Source of the DNA: an uncultured Spirochaetota bacterium
GTDB lineage: Bacteria > Spirochaetota > Spirochaetia > SZUA-6 > Fen-1364
Direction: 5' to 3'
Assembly (NCBI GenBank): GCA_963845535.1
Contig: CAWJSK010000021.1
Span: forward strand, 32,001-96,000
Length of the DNA: 64,000 bases
How positions within the stretch are numbered: the first letter of the stretch is position 1; each line of letters starts with the position of its first letter. The notes under the pieces are model-generated. The model was not told the origin of the DNA. It searched no databases and saw nothing but the letters and a program-made list of their open reading frames with translations. The position numbers and the translations under genes are program-made. This document shows, piece by piece, positions 51,265-61,416 of the stretch.

Positions 51265-52629
51265 TCACCTGAGGTAGCCGCCGTCGCGGGCCACTTTCAG
51301 CGCCGCTGCCTGGGAGTTCGAAAGCGCCTGCTCGAGCGGTTCACGTCCGGAGATGTACGCGGCCAGCTGCTGGGAGACGGCTTCGCCAAGACTCTGGAAC
51401 TCGGGGATGGAGACGTATTGCAAGCCCTTGTAGGGCACCGGCGGGAGTGACGGATGGTCATAATCCGCTTCCTCGATGGACTTCAAAACGATCCTCGCAA
51501 AAGGAGCCGCGGCCAGGTAGTTGGGGTTGCTGTACGTGGATGCCCGGGTCCCCGGCGGGACCTGCGCCCAACCGATGCGTGCCCCCACCAGGGCGATATA
51601 CTTCCTGTCCGTTGCCCAGGTAAGAAACCGGAAGGCCGCCTCCTGGTGCCGGGAGGAGGACTCTATCCCCAGCGCCCACGCCCAGAGCCAACCGGTGTTG
51701 CCCCGCCGCGCGGAAGGCGCAAAGGCGTAGCCAATACGGCCTGCCACTTTCGAGTCGCGGGCCTCGAGCGCCCCCGCCGACACGGTGGCGTCATACCACA
51801 TTGCCGCCTTCCCGCTTTGCATGATGGCAAGGCACTCGGTGTAGCCGTCCGTTGTCGGCGTGGGCTCCCCTGCGTCGGCGAGGAGCCTCTTGTAGAACCG
51901 CCACGCCTCGGCCATCGGCGGCTCGTCGAACGTCGGGCGCCAGTTCTGGTCGAACCAACGGCCGCCGAACGCGTTGACCACGGTGTCGAATGGAGCGAGG
52001 ACCTCCCCCCACCCGGGGAGCCCTCGGAGCACGATCCCGTAGCCGCCATTTTCGAAGCCCCGGAGGCGCACGGCAAAATCGTATATCTGCCGCCAGGTCG
52101 GCCTTGGCGGCATGACAAGCCCCGCTGTGGCGAAGAGATCCTTTCTATAAAACATCATGCTGCTCTCCCCGTAGAAGGGCAGGGCGTACAGCCGGCCCTC
52201 ATAGGAAAGGGCCGCGCGGACGGTCGGAAGAAGGTCGTCACGCGCGTAGGCGCTTCTCTCCGTTTCGCTCATCCTGTCAAACAAGGGCTCGAGGGGAACG
52301 AGCCACTGGTTCTTTCCCCAGATCGGCGCGTCGTAGGTCCCGATGGTCACCACGTCGTACTTGCCTGAGCCCAGGCCGACGTCCTCCGTGACCTTCTGGC
52401 GGAGCTCGTTCTCCGGCAGCACGACGAAGTTCAATTGTATCCCCGTTGATGCCGTGAAGTCCGCCGACAGTTGCTGCATGACGGCCATGTCCGGATTGTT
52501 CACCGTGGCGACGGTGAGAGACGATGCGCCTGCCCCCTCCGCGGCGCCGCGCGCGGACAACGGCACGGTCCCTGCCGCAATGCAGGCGAGGATGAGGACA
52601 ACGGCCTTCTCGCGGGAGGTTCGTGTCAT
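51265..52629 (-). CDS. Polyol ABC substrate-binding protein (MtlE/SmoE-like)
   Basis: TVATVNNPDM, LPENELRQ, PFYGESS, WLWAWAL and VPY.GLQYV.IPEFQ. Start 52629 chosen from the promoter position; 52641 is the alternative. Confidence 0.9.
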   Translation of the reverse strand: MTRTSREKAVVLILACIAAGTVPLSARGAAEGAGASSLTVATVNNPDMAVMQQLSADFTASTGIQLNFVVLPENELRQKVTEDVGLGSGKYDVVTIGTYDAPIWGKNQWLVPLEPLFDRMSETERSAYARDDLLPTVRAALSYEGRLYALPFYGESSMMFYRKDLFATAGLVMPPRPTWRQIYDFAVRLRGFENGGYGIVLRGLPGWGEVLAPFDTVVNAFGGRWFDQNWRPTFDEPPMAEAWRFYKRLLADAGEPTPTTDGYTECLAIMQSGKAAMWYDATVSAGALEARDSKVAGRIGYAFAPSARRGNTGWLWAWALGIESSSRHQEAAFRFLTWATDRKYIALVGARIGWAQVPPGTRASTYSNPNYLAAAPFARIVLKSIEEADYDHPSLPPVPYKGLQYVSIPEFQSLGEAVSQQLAAYISGREPLEQALSNSQAAALKVARDGGYLR

Positions 52630-52664
52630 ACCGCCTGCCATCCTATCGCGCGGACAGGCGGAGC

Positions 52665-52708
52665 GGAAGTTACCGCGGTACTGCCGCGGGCAGTATTAGT
52701 ACTAGTAC
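52665..52708 (-). promoter_or_regulatory. 44-bp operator, copy A
   Basis: Reverse complement GTACTAGTAC-N15-CAGTACCGCGGTAACTTCC, 33/44 identical to 54699-54742. TAGGAT -10 lies 19 bp downstream. Confidence 0.75.
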
Positions 52709-52713
52709 TGCTG

Positions 52714-53418
52714 TCAGGCGTCCGGGCCGAAGTATTCCTTCAGCGAATTGGCGAGCTTCATGGCCTGCATCCTGTTGTGGACGTGAAGCTTGGAGTAGAT
52801 GACGCTCACGTGATTCTTCACCGTCTGCTCCGCGATGGAAAGCTTTCGGGCAATGCGGACGTTGTCGGCGCCCGTCCCTATCAGCCGCAGGATCTCGATC
52901 TCTCGTTTGCTCAGGTAGCGCAGGAAAGACCCGTCGGGGAGCGGACGCGGACGGGCTTCCGTCCCTTCCTCCGCCTTCCCCTCCCCTTCGCGCATCCGCA
53001 GCAGCTTGTTGGCCACCTGGGGGGAGATGATGATGGAACCCTTGCAGACCGCTCGAAGAGAGACAATGAGGTCCGCCGGCGGCATGTCTTTCAGCATGTA
53101 GCCCGCGGCCCCGTGGTTGAGCGCTTCCACGACGTATTCATCATCATCGAACGTCGTGAGCATGAGGACGTGGATGTCCGGATACGTCTCATGGATGATC
53201 TTGGTGGCCTCCACGCCGTCCATCTCCGGCATTCGGACGTCCATGAGGATGATGTCGGGGTGCTTTTCCATGACGAGCTGGATGGCTTCCCGCCCCGTGC
53301 CCGCCACGCCAACCACTTCGAAGTCCTCCGCGCGGGTCTCCAGCACCGTGCGGAGGCTTTCGACAAAGAGGACCTGGTCATCAGCCAGGAGGACCCTGAT
53401 CCTTGTGGCGGCGCCCAT
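52714..53418 (-). CDS. NarL/LuxR-family response regulator
   Basis: LADDQ, MDVRMP, LTTFDD and LSKREIE...EQTVKNHV. Confidence 0.95.
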   Translation of the reverse strand: MGAATRIRVLLADDQVLFVESLRTVLETRAEDFEVVGVAGTGREAIQLVMEKHPDIILMDVRMPEMDGVEATKIIHETYPDIHVLMLTTFDDDEYVVEALNHGAAGYMLKDMPPADLIVSLRAVCKGSIIISPQVANKLLRMREGEGKAEEGTEARPRPLPDGSFLRYLSKREIEILRLIGTGADNVRIARKLSIAEQTVKNHVSVIYSKLHVHNRMQAMKLANSLKEYFGPDA

Positions 53419-53440
53419 CAGACAGCTCTCTCCAGCCCGT

Positions 53441-54655
53441 TCACACCGCCTCCTTGAGAGGGATCTCGCTCAGCACGAGGAAACCAAAAGGCGTGTTCTC
53501 CGCTTTCATGGTGCCTCCGATGTGGGCAAGCCGCTCCGCCATGCCGGACAAGCCGATACCGGGAATGATCTCCTTCGATCCGACGCCGTTGTCGGAAATG
53601 CTCAGCCGAAGCACCGCCCCGACGATCCAGAAATTGACCGTGATTTCGGTGGCGTTCCCGTGGCGCAGGGCGTTCGTAAGGCATTCCTGCGCCATCCGGT
53701 ATACCACGTCATCCACGCGGGCGCCGAGTGAGTCGGGCGCGTTGCCGAAGTTCAGCCTTACCGCCACCTTGGTAGCCCTCTCGAAGATCCGTGCCACCTC
53801 GGTGACCCTGCCCAGGCCGCTTGCCCTGACCTCGGAGACCGCGCGCAGGTTGTGCATTGCCCTGCGGGTCTCCAGGAGACCTCGCTGGGCCTGGTCCCGG
53901 GATTTCACCAGGAGCTCCTCTAGTCCGAAGCTGTCCCTGCTGACGAGGTCCGTGGCCGCCTCCATCATCATCTGGATGTTGGTGAGTGTGTACCCGACAA
54001 TATCATGGATCTCACCCGTTATGCGCTTGCGCTCCTGCTCCTGAGTTTCCCGCTGAACCCGGGTGGCCAGCTCCTGGAAATCGAGGTTCGCCTCCGAGAG
54101 CGCGCGCACCGTGCCGTCAATGCGCAGCAGCTCCTCATCCTGGCGCCTGATCTTCTGCCCGCGGCTTCCCACCATCCCCACGAGCCACGTGAGGAAAAGA
54201 AAATACGTCCCCAGGAGGGCCGCTTCGAGGGGCGGCGCCCCCGGGACGGGCGTTCCCCATGCCACGAGCGGCCAGTGGCTGGCCGGGACTGCCGTCGAAT
54301 AGACAACGCAGAGGATGGACACCGCTCCGCCCTTCAGCTCGGTCATTGCAAGGAAGATGAACACCGTCCCGAGGATCCCCGCAACCGCCAGGTCGGTTCC
54401 CAGCGGAACGCCCAGCACGACCTCGATGAGCATCACGGAGACGAGCGCAATCAGCCGATGCGAATCCCGGGGCAGCCTCCGCAGGCCAAGGAGGATGACC
54501 GTGGCCAGGGAAAGCAGGATGAAGAACTGGGGAAACCAGATGGATCGCAACGGCGAGCGGAAAGAAAGCAAAAACGTCAGTGCCGCTATCCCGTGGCCTG
54601 CAAGAACGGTGACAAGACCGGGTGCGCGAACCGCAATCCACATTCGTGTCCGCAT
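53441..54655 (-). CDS. Membrane sensor histidine kinase (HisKA_3 type)
   Basis: N-terminal TM helices, ERKRITGEIHDIVG, QECLTNALRHG and DNGVG. Start uncertain. Confidence 0.92.
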   Translation of the reverse strand: MRTRMWIAVRAPGLVTVLAGHGIAALTFLLSFRSPLRSIWFPQFFILLSLATVILLGLRRLPRDSHRLIALVSVMLIEVVLGVPLGTDLAVAGILGTVFIFLAMTELKGGAVSILCVVYSTAVPASHWPLVAWGTPVPGAPPLEAALLGTYFLFLTWLVGMVGSRGQKIRRQDEELLRIDGTVRALSEANLDFQELATRVQRETQEQERKRITGEIHDIVGYTLTNIQMMMEAATDLVSRDSFGLEELLVKSRDQAQRGLLETRRAMHNLRAVSEVRASGLGRVTEVARIFERATKVAVRLNFGNAPDSLGARVDDVVYRMAQECLTNALRHGNATEITVNFWIVGAVLRLSISDNGVGSKEIIPGIGLSGMAERLAHIGGTMKAENTPFGFLVLSEIPLKEAV

Positions 54656-54698
54656 ACGGCGCTCAGAGTCCAGCAGGGTGAAGATACCATGGCGCCGG

Positions 54699-54742
54699 GT
54701 ACTAGTACAATTCCTGCTATTTTCGGTACCCCGGTAACTTCC
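54699..54742 (+). promoter_or_regulatory. 44-bp operator, copy B
   Basis: GTACTAGTAC-N15-CGGTACCCCGGTAACTTCC. TGcTACTAT -10 lies 20 bp downstream. Confidence 0.75.
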
Positions 54743-54820
54743 CGGCACACGAAGCCCGTTGCTACTATCACGCCGGGCAGGACGGCAACGCCTGCACTAC
54801 GTCTGTTTCGGAGGAACTCC

Positions 54821-56182
54821 ATGAAGAGAAGGGTCTTTCTCCTCGTAACTCTCTTTGTCATGGCGGCATTCACCGTTCCTGTGATGATGGCGGCCGCGCA
54901 GGCGCCCACCACCACGATCACGGTGGCTGTCGTCAACAACCCTGACCAGCGGAGGCTGCTCGAGCTCTCCGACAAGTTCCAGGCGGAGCATCCCAACATC
55001 AAACTGTCCTTTGTCATGCTCCCTGAGAACGAGCTTCGTGACCGCGTAACCACGGACATCACCACCAAGGCCGGTTCGTTCGATATCGTGCAGATCGGCA
55101 CCTATGAAACGCCGATCTTCGGAAAGAACGGATGGCTTTCCTCGCTGGATGACCTGATGGCGCAGTATCCGGGCAACGTCCAGCCCAACTACAACGTGGA
55201 TGACCTGATCAAAGGAATCCGCCTCGGCCTGTCCAACGACGGGAAGCTCTATGCGGCCCCGTTCTACGGCGAGTCGAGCATGCTGTTCTACAACAAAAAG
55301 ATGTTTGCCGCCGCCGGGCTGAAGATGCCGGCTGAGCCCACCTGGGACCAGATCCGGGAGTTCGCCCGCAAGCTGCACAATCCCGCCAAGAAGCAGTACG
55401 GCATTGCGCTTCGCGGTCTGCCTGGCTGGGGAGAAGTGATGGCGCCGCTCGACACGGTGATCAATACGTTCGGGGGGAAGTGGTTCGACATGAACTGGCA
55501 GCCCCAGTTGACCTCACCGGAGTTCGAAGCGGCGGTGAGCTTCTACGTGAAGCTGCTCCAGGACTACGGAGTCCCCGGCGCTGCAAATAACGGCTTCTCC
55601 GAGAGCCTCACCATGATAGCTCAGGGACAGGCCGCCATGTGGGTGGACGCCACGGTTGCCGCGGGCTTCCTCGAGGATCCCAAGCAGTCGAAGGTGGTCG
55701 GCAACGTGGGCTTCGTCATGGCCCCGTATGAGAAGGTGAAGAAAGGCTACCACTGGCTGTGGAGCTGGGCGTATGCAATCCCGGCCACCAGCCAGCACCA
55801 GGCCGAAGCGCTGCAGTTCCTCACCTGGTGCACGAGCAAGGACTACATCGACCTCGTGGGGAAGACCTACGGTTGGGCAACCGTCCCGCCCGGGACGCGC
55901 TATTCCACCTACAAGAACCCCAACTACATCAAGGCGGCCAAAGCGTTTGCTGACGTGACGCTGAAGTCCATTGAATCAGCGGACCCGACCGACGCCACCC
56001 AGGACAAGGTCCCGTACACCGGCGTGCAGTTCGTCGGCATCCCCGAGTTCCAGGGATTCGGGACCGATGTGTCCAAGCAGATTTCCGCGGCCATTGCCGG
56101 TACGCAGACCGTGGAGCAGGCTCTGGCGACAAGCCAGGACATCGTCACGAAGGCAATGACGGACGCCGGCTACATCAAGTAG
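54821..56182 (+). CDS. Polyol ABC substrate-binding protein (MtlE/SmoE-like)
   Basis: GGAGG RBS, signal peptide, VNNPDQ, PFYGESS and VPYTGVQFVGIPEFQ. Confidence 0.92.
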   Translation: MKRRVFLLVTLFVMAAFTVPVMMAAAQAPTTTITVAVVNNPDQRRLLELSDKFQAEHPNIKLSFVMLPENELRDRVTTDITTKAGSFDIVQIGTYETPIFGKNGWLSSLDDLMAQYPGNVQPNYNVDDLIKGIRLGLSNDGKLYAAPFYGESSMLFYNKKMFAAAGLKMPAEPTWDQIREFARKLHNPAKKQYGIALRGLPGWGEVMAPLDTVINTFGGKWFDMNWQPQLTSPEFEAAVSFYVKLLQDYGVPGAANNGFSESLTMIAQGQAAMWVDATVAAGFLEDPKQSKVVGNVGFVMAPYEKVKKGYHWLWSWAYAIPATSQHQAEALQFLTWCTSKDYIDLVGKTYGWATVPPGTRYSTYKNPNYIKAAKAFADVTLKSIESADPTDATQDKVPYTGVQFVGIPEFQGFGTDVSKQISAAIAGTQTVEQALATSQDIVTKAMTDAGYIK

Positions 56183-56210
56183 AGAACGCGGACCTTCGAT
56201 CTCTCGAAAT

Positions 56211-56236
56211 CGCCTCTGTCCGTTCGGACAGAGGCG
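56211..56236 (+). terminator. Intercistronic stem-loop after the SBP gene
   Basis: CGCCTCTGTCC-gttc-GGACAGAGGCG, a perfect 11-bp stem. Confidence 0.6.
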
Positions 56237-56265
56237 GGCTTTCCGGCTTTCGCGTGGGGAGTGCC

Positions 56266-57156
56266 ATGAGCGATGTGAGAACACAAAAGAATGCCCATCC
56301 CTGGCTGCTGCGCCCGGCGATCATCTACCTGATCGTCCTTACCCAGACGCCGGTCCTCCTGACGCTGTACTACAGCCTGACGAACTGGAACTTCCTCCGT
56401 CCTGACAGACCGGCGCGGTTCATCGGGCTGGAGAACTACCTGGACTTTTTCACGGCCTATGACACCGGGCGAATCATGCTCAACACGCTCGTTTTCTCCG
56501 TGGCCGTCGTTGTGCTTTCCCTCGTCTTCGGCATGTGCCTGGCGCTCCTTTTGTCCCGAGAGTTCTTCGGGCGCAACTTTGCCCGCACGTTGATGATCAC
56601 TCCCTTTCTCATCATGCCCACCGTGTCCGCCGTCATGTGGAAGAACATGCTGTTCAATCCCGCCTTCGGACTGATCAGCTCCACGCTCGCTGCGCTGGGC
56701 GGTCCCCGGATAGACTGGATAAACCAATACGCCCTGCCGTCCATCATCGTGATCGTCACCTGGGAATGGACGCCGTTCATGATGCTGATCCTGCTCTCCG
56801 GTCTGCAGTCCCTGCAGAAAGAGCACCTGGAGGCGGCCCAGATCGACGGCGCGGGGCCCCTAGCGACCTTCCGCAGCATCATTGTGCCGCATCTGGGCCG
56901 CTACATCGAGATCGGCGTGCTCCTGGAAACCCTGTTCGTCCTCAACATATTCGGGGAAATATTCACCACCACGACGGGAGGGCCGGCCAACTACACCACG
57001 ACGCTCACCTTCAACATCTACCTGGAGGCGTTCAAGAGGTGGAACGTGGGGCGCGCCAGCGCGTACGCCGTGATTGCCGTGATCTTTGCCAACATCATCA
57101 CGCTGCTGTTCCTGCGCATCCTGCGCCGCCAGGGCGGAAACGGGGAGGCGGCATGA
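56266..57156 (+). CDS. Polyol/sugar ABC permease (MtlF/SmoF-like)
   Basis: WEWTPF, EAAQIDGA and TTGGP motifs. Confidence 0.92.
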   Translation: MSDVRTQKNAHPWLLRPAIIYLIVLTQTPVLLTLYYSLTNWNFLRPDRPARFIGLENYLDFFTAYDTGRIMLNTLVFSVAVVVLSLVFGMCLALLLSREFFGRNFARTLMITPFLIMPTVSAVMWKNMLFNPAFGLISSTLAALGGPRIDWINQYALPSIIVIVTWEWTPFMMLILLSGLQSLQKEHLEAAQIDGAGPLATFRSIIVPHLGRYIEIGVLLETLFVLNIFGEIFTTTTGGPANYTTTLTFNIYLEAFKRWNVGRASAYAVIAVIFANIITLLFLRILRRQGGNGEAA

Positions 57157-57977
57157 AAGGCCACAGGCGTGCGCTCGGCCGGTTCCTTTCCATCCTCACC
57201 GTCGTCCTGGCAATCCTCATATTCTTCCCCATCTTCTGGATGATCCTCACGTCGTTCAAGTCCGAGGCTGACGCGTTCACGTTCCCGCCCCCGCTTTTCT
57301 TCCGTCCCACCCTGGACCAGTACGACGTTGCCCTGGGCCAATCGGGATATTTCCACTATCTGCTGAACACGGTGATCATCACGGGATTCTCCACGCTGAT
57401 TGCCATTCTCCTCGGCGTTCCGGCGGCGTACAAGCTGGCCTACTACCCCACGAAGCGCAGCAACTTCACGCTGATGTGGGTCATGTCGACGCGCATGCTC
57501 CCCGCCGTCGGCGTGATCGTTCCCCTCTACATCATCTTCAAGGTCCTGCACTGGTTCGACACCTACCACGGTCTCATTGTCCTGTACACGGCCGTCAACC
57601 TGCCCCTTGTGGTCTGGATGATGAGATCCTTTCTCCAAGATCTCCCCTATGAGACCATTGAAGCATCACGGATCGACGGGGCCAGCCTATGGCAGGAGCT
57701 CATGTTGGTGATGCTCCCCATGGCCCTGCCGGGGCTCGTGTCCACCGTGCTCCTCTGCCTCATCTTCACCTGGAACGAGTTCTTTGTCGCCTTCAACCTG
57801 ACCATCACCAAGGTCCCACCGCTCACCGTGTACATCGTGGGCTTCAAGACCTCGGAAGGCCTGTTCTGGGCCAAGATGTCCGCCGCGGCCACCGTGTCCG
57901 CGCTCCCGGTCATCATTGCCGGTTGGGTGGCGCAGAGGCAGATGGTGCGCGGATTGACGGCAGGAGCAATCAAGTAG
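57153..57977 (+). CDS. Polyol/sugar ABC permease (MtlG/SmoG-like)
   Basis: LTSFKSE, EASRIDGA, WNEFF and GLFWAKM motifs. Confidence 0.92.
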   Translation: MKGHRRALGRFLSILTVVLAILIFFPIFWMILTSFKSEADAFTFPPPLFFRPTLDQYDVALGQSGYFHYLLNTVIITGFSTLIAILLGVPAAYKLAYYPTKRSNFTLMWVMSTRMLPAVGVIVPLYIIFKVLHWFDTYHGLIVLYTAVNLPLVVWMMRSFLQDLPYETIEASRIDGASLWQELMLVMLPMALPGLVSTVLLCLIFTWNEFFVAFNLTITKVPPLTVYIVGFKTSEGLFWAKMSAAATVSALPVIIAGWVAQRQMVRGLTAGAIK

Positions 57978-58051
57978 CGGGGGAGCCCTGGCCGAATGGC
58001 TGGTCCGCGCCGGCTGACCCGCGGGGCGGTCGGGTAGTACATTGTACTGTC

Positions 58052-59826
58052 ATGAAACTGCTCTTCACGTATCTCAGGCCCTTTCGGGGGATGATTGTCC
58101 TTGCCATAGTCCTTGCCATCATCAACCAGGTCTTCTCCCTCCTGGACCCGCAGATCTTCCGCATCATCGTGGACAAATATGTCACCCACATCGGAAGCAT
58201 TCCGCGCGCGGACTTCATCCGCGGCGTCGGGCTCCTTGTCCTTGGGTTCGTGGGCGTGGCCATGGTCAGCAGGCTTGCAAAGAACTTCCAGGACTACTTC
58301 ATCAACGTGGCCTCCCAGTCCGTGGGCGCGCGGATGTACGCGGACGGCGTGGCGCATTCCATGCGCCTCCCCTACCGCGCGTTCGAGGACCAGCAGAGCG
58401 GAGCCGTGCTGCAGCAGCTCCAGAAAGCGCGCACGGACAGCCGCGACATGATAGGCCAGGCCATCAATTCGATCTTCGTTTCCGCCCTCACCTTCCTCCT
58501 CGTCCTGGGCTACTCGTTCTTCGTGCACTGGTCCATCGCCGTGGCGCTCATCATCATGGCGCCCTTCCTCGGCGGCCTTCTTTCCGTCCTGGGGCGCAGG
58601 ATCAAGGCGGTGCAGACCCGCATCTTCGGAGAGACGAACGCATTGTCAGGCTCCACAACGGAAAGCCTCCGCAACATCGAGCTGATCAAGAGCCTGGGCC
58701 TGGAGACGCAGGAAATCGAAAGGCTCAACTCGGCCAACCAAAAGATCCTGGACCTGGAGCTGGCCAAGGTGAAAACCGTGCGGATGCTCATGTTCTCCCA
58801 GGGAACCGCGCTCAACTTCTCCCGCGCCGTCCTGATACTGCTCATGCTCGTCCTGATCTCCATGAAGCTCATCACCCTGGGAGAGTTCTTCTCCCTCATG
58901 ATGTATTCGTTCTTCGTGTTCGGGCCCCTTGGTGAGATCGGGGCCGTGATCGCGAAGTACCAGGAGACGCGGGCCAGCCTGGAGAATCTCCAGAAGATCA
59001 TGGCGCAGGAGCCTGCGCCGCGCAACCCGGACGGCGTGGTCCCTGACGGAATCGAATCACTGGAGTTTTCGCGCGTCACCTACCGGCATCCCGGCGCGCG
59101 GAGCCGGCCCTTGCAAACGTGTCTTTCGAGGCGCGCGCAGGAGAAAGCGTCGCCTTTGTCGGCCCTTCGGGGGCGGGCAAGAGCACGCTCATCAAGCTCC
59201 TCCTGGGGCTGTACCAGCCGGATGCGGGGCGGATCCTCTTCAACGGGATCGACTCCCGAGAGGTGAACTACGACAAGCTTCGGGGGAGGGTGGGCTTCGT
59301 GCCGCAGGCCATCGAGCTCTTTGCCGGCACCATCCGCGACAACCTGAAGTTTGCGCGGCGGGACGCCACGGACGCCGCATGCGTCCAGAGCCTGCGCGCG
59401 GCGCAGCTCCATGGGCTCCTCGAGCGAAGCCGCCAGGGGCTGGACACCCGCATTGGCGAAGGGGGGCTGAAGCTTTCCGGCGGGGAACGGCAGCGTCTGG
59501 CCATCGCCCGGGCGCTGCTGCGGGAACCGGACATCCTGATCTTTGACGAAGCCACGAGCTCGCTGGACACGGAGACGGAGAAGGAGATCACGCGGACAAT
59601 CGATGAGATCATCCGGACCCGTCCGCGGTTTGTCACGCTTCTGATTGCGCACCGGCTGTCCACGGTAGCCGAGGCGGACCGCATTGTCGTACTGAAGAAG
59701 GGACAGGTCGTTGAGCAAGGCTCCCACCAGGAGCTTCTGCGGCTCGGCGGCCTGTATTACACTCTGTGGCAGCAGCAGGGACTCGAAGGAGAAGACAGGG
59801 AGCCTGTCGCGGCAGCGGCGGGCTGA
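58052..59826 (+). CDS. Fused ABC exporter (TMD+NBD), with an apparent frameshift near 59099
   Basis: TMD in the first frame. GPSGAGKST, LSGGERQR, DEATSSLD and AHRLST in the second. Confidence 0.9.
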
Positions 59827-59845
59827 TGACATCCGGGAGGAACAC

Positions 59846-60955
59846 ATGGAAAAGCGGAAACTGGGAAAGACAGGGCTCGAGCTCTCCGTTCTGGGATTCG
59901 GCGGCTTTCACCTCGTGGAGATTGATGCCGCGGAAGCGGCGCACCTCCTGGGAGCGTACCTGGATGCCGGCGGCAACTACCTGGAGACGGCGGCAAGCTA
60001 CGGTGACGGTATTTCAGAGACGAAGATCGGCAGAGCGGTCTCCCATCGAAGGGCGGATTTCTTCCTGGCAACCAAGTCAACGCAGAGGACGCGCGCGGGC
60101 TTTTCCGCGGAGCTTGACCAGAGCCTCCGCAACCTCAAGACGGACCACGTGGATGTGATTTTCATCCATGCGCTCCAGAAACGGGAGGAAGCGGAACAGG
60201 TCCTTGCCCCGGGAGGCGCGCTGGAGGCGGCGGCCGCGGCGCAGAAAAGCGGAAAGGCCAGGTTCATAGCGGTGAGCTTCCACGGCCGGCCTGACGCCGG
60301 GCTGTATGCGTTGGAGCGCTTTCCTTTTGACGTCCTGATGACCGGGTTCAATTACTTCGACCGGTTCAACTACCCGAACGTGGAAAGCACGCTCCTTCCC
60401 ACGTGCCTCGGGAAGGGAATCGGCGTGCTTGCCATGAAATCCATGGCTGACGGATACCTCTACCGCTCCCCGGCACCCGCGCTGCGCTACACTCTCAGCC
60501 TGCCCGTCACGACGGTTGTCGCGGGGATCAACTCCCGGCGCATGCTGGAGACGGACCTTCGGCTCGTGTCGGGGTTCAAGCCGATGTTGGACCGGGAAAG
60601 GGAAAAGCTCTTCCGAAGCGCCCCCGAGCTGGGTGACTATGTGTGCCGCCTGTGCGGCAAATGCAAGGTGAACGGGTTCGATCCGCAGACCGTATTCCTC
60701 CTGGAAGGACTGTATGACCGCCAGATGGATGACCTGCGCGTCACCGACACCGCCAACTACGCACTGCGGGAGAGACTGCGCAACTGGTTCCAACAGCAGG
60801 AGACGGCGCGTGACGAATATGCCATGCTTCCCCAGAAGGTGGACCCTCAGCGGAACTACACTGACCTGTCCCGCCTGTGTCCCTACGGGATCAACATTGA
60901 CCGGAAGCTGAAGATCGCACACCAGAAGCTTTCGAAGGATCGTTATATCGCCTGA
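59846..60955 (+). CDS. Aldo/keto reductase with a C-terminal Cys region
   Basis: MEKRKLGKTGLELSVLGFG, ETAASYG, ATK and AMK motifs. CRLCGKC and CPYGINI near the C-terminus. Confidence 0.9.
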   Translation: MEKRKLGKTGLELSVLGFGGFHLVEIDAAEAAHLLGAYLDAGGNYLETAASYGDGISETKIGRAVSHRRADFFLATKSTQRTRAGFSAELDQSLRNLKTDHVDVIFIHALQKREEAEQVLAPGGALEAAAAAQKSGKARFIAVSFHGRPDAGLYALERFPFDVLMTGFNYFDRFNYPNVESTLLPTCLGKGIGVLAMKSMADGYLYRSPAPALRYTLSLPVTTVVAGINSRRMLETDLRLVSGFKPMLDREREKLFRSAPELGDYVCRLCGKCKVNGFDPQTVFLLEGLYDRQMDDLRVTDTANYALRERLRNWFQQQETARDEYAMLPQKVDPQRNYTDLSRLCPYGINIDRKLKIAHQKLSKDRYIA

Positions 60956-60984
60956 ACGGCAGACAAAGAACAGGAGAAAAACGT

Positions 60985-61416
60985 ATGGCCAACGCCTATT
61001 CCGCACGCAACAAAGCTGAGCTGGACCATCTGAGGAAGGTCGTCGGGCATCTCACGGATGCCCAGCTATCCCTTCCCGCCGGCGGCCCTGGATGGACGGT
61101 AAGCGGGCTTCTTGCGCACGTCGCCTTCTGGGACCAGAGGGGCATCGTGCTGGCGCGCAGATGGAAAGCCGGCGGGAAGGGCAGCCCGTCCGGAGACGTG
61201 GATGTGCTCAATGACGCAATGAAGCCTTTCCTTCTTGCGCTGCCGCCGCGCAAGGCCGCCGAGCTTTCCCTGGAAGCGGCCCAGATCATCGACAAGGAAA
61301 TTGACTCCCTGGAACCGTCTCTGCTGGCGCGCGTGGAAGCTGACGGCCAGCCGCGCCTGGACAGGGCAAATCACCGGGCCCACCATCTGGAGCAGATCGA
61401 AAAAGCCATCGGATGA
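60985..61416 (+). CDS. DinB/MDMPI-superfamily protein
   Basis: GWTVSGLLAHVAFWD and H...HLEQI metal-binding His pattern. Confidence 0.8.
   Translation: MANAYSARNKAELDHLRKVVGHLTDAQLSLPAGGPGWTVSGLLAHVAFWDQRGIVLARRWKAGGKGSPSGDVDVLNDAMKPFLLALPPRKAAELSLEAAQIIDKEIDSLEPSLLARVEADGQPRLDRANHRAHHLEQIEKAIG

Noticed and set aside
54005..54820. N-terminal extension of the 725-aa SBP ORF
   Set aside because: It overlaps the opposite-strand kinase. The RBS and signal peptide indicate ATG 54821.
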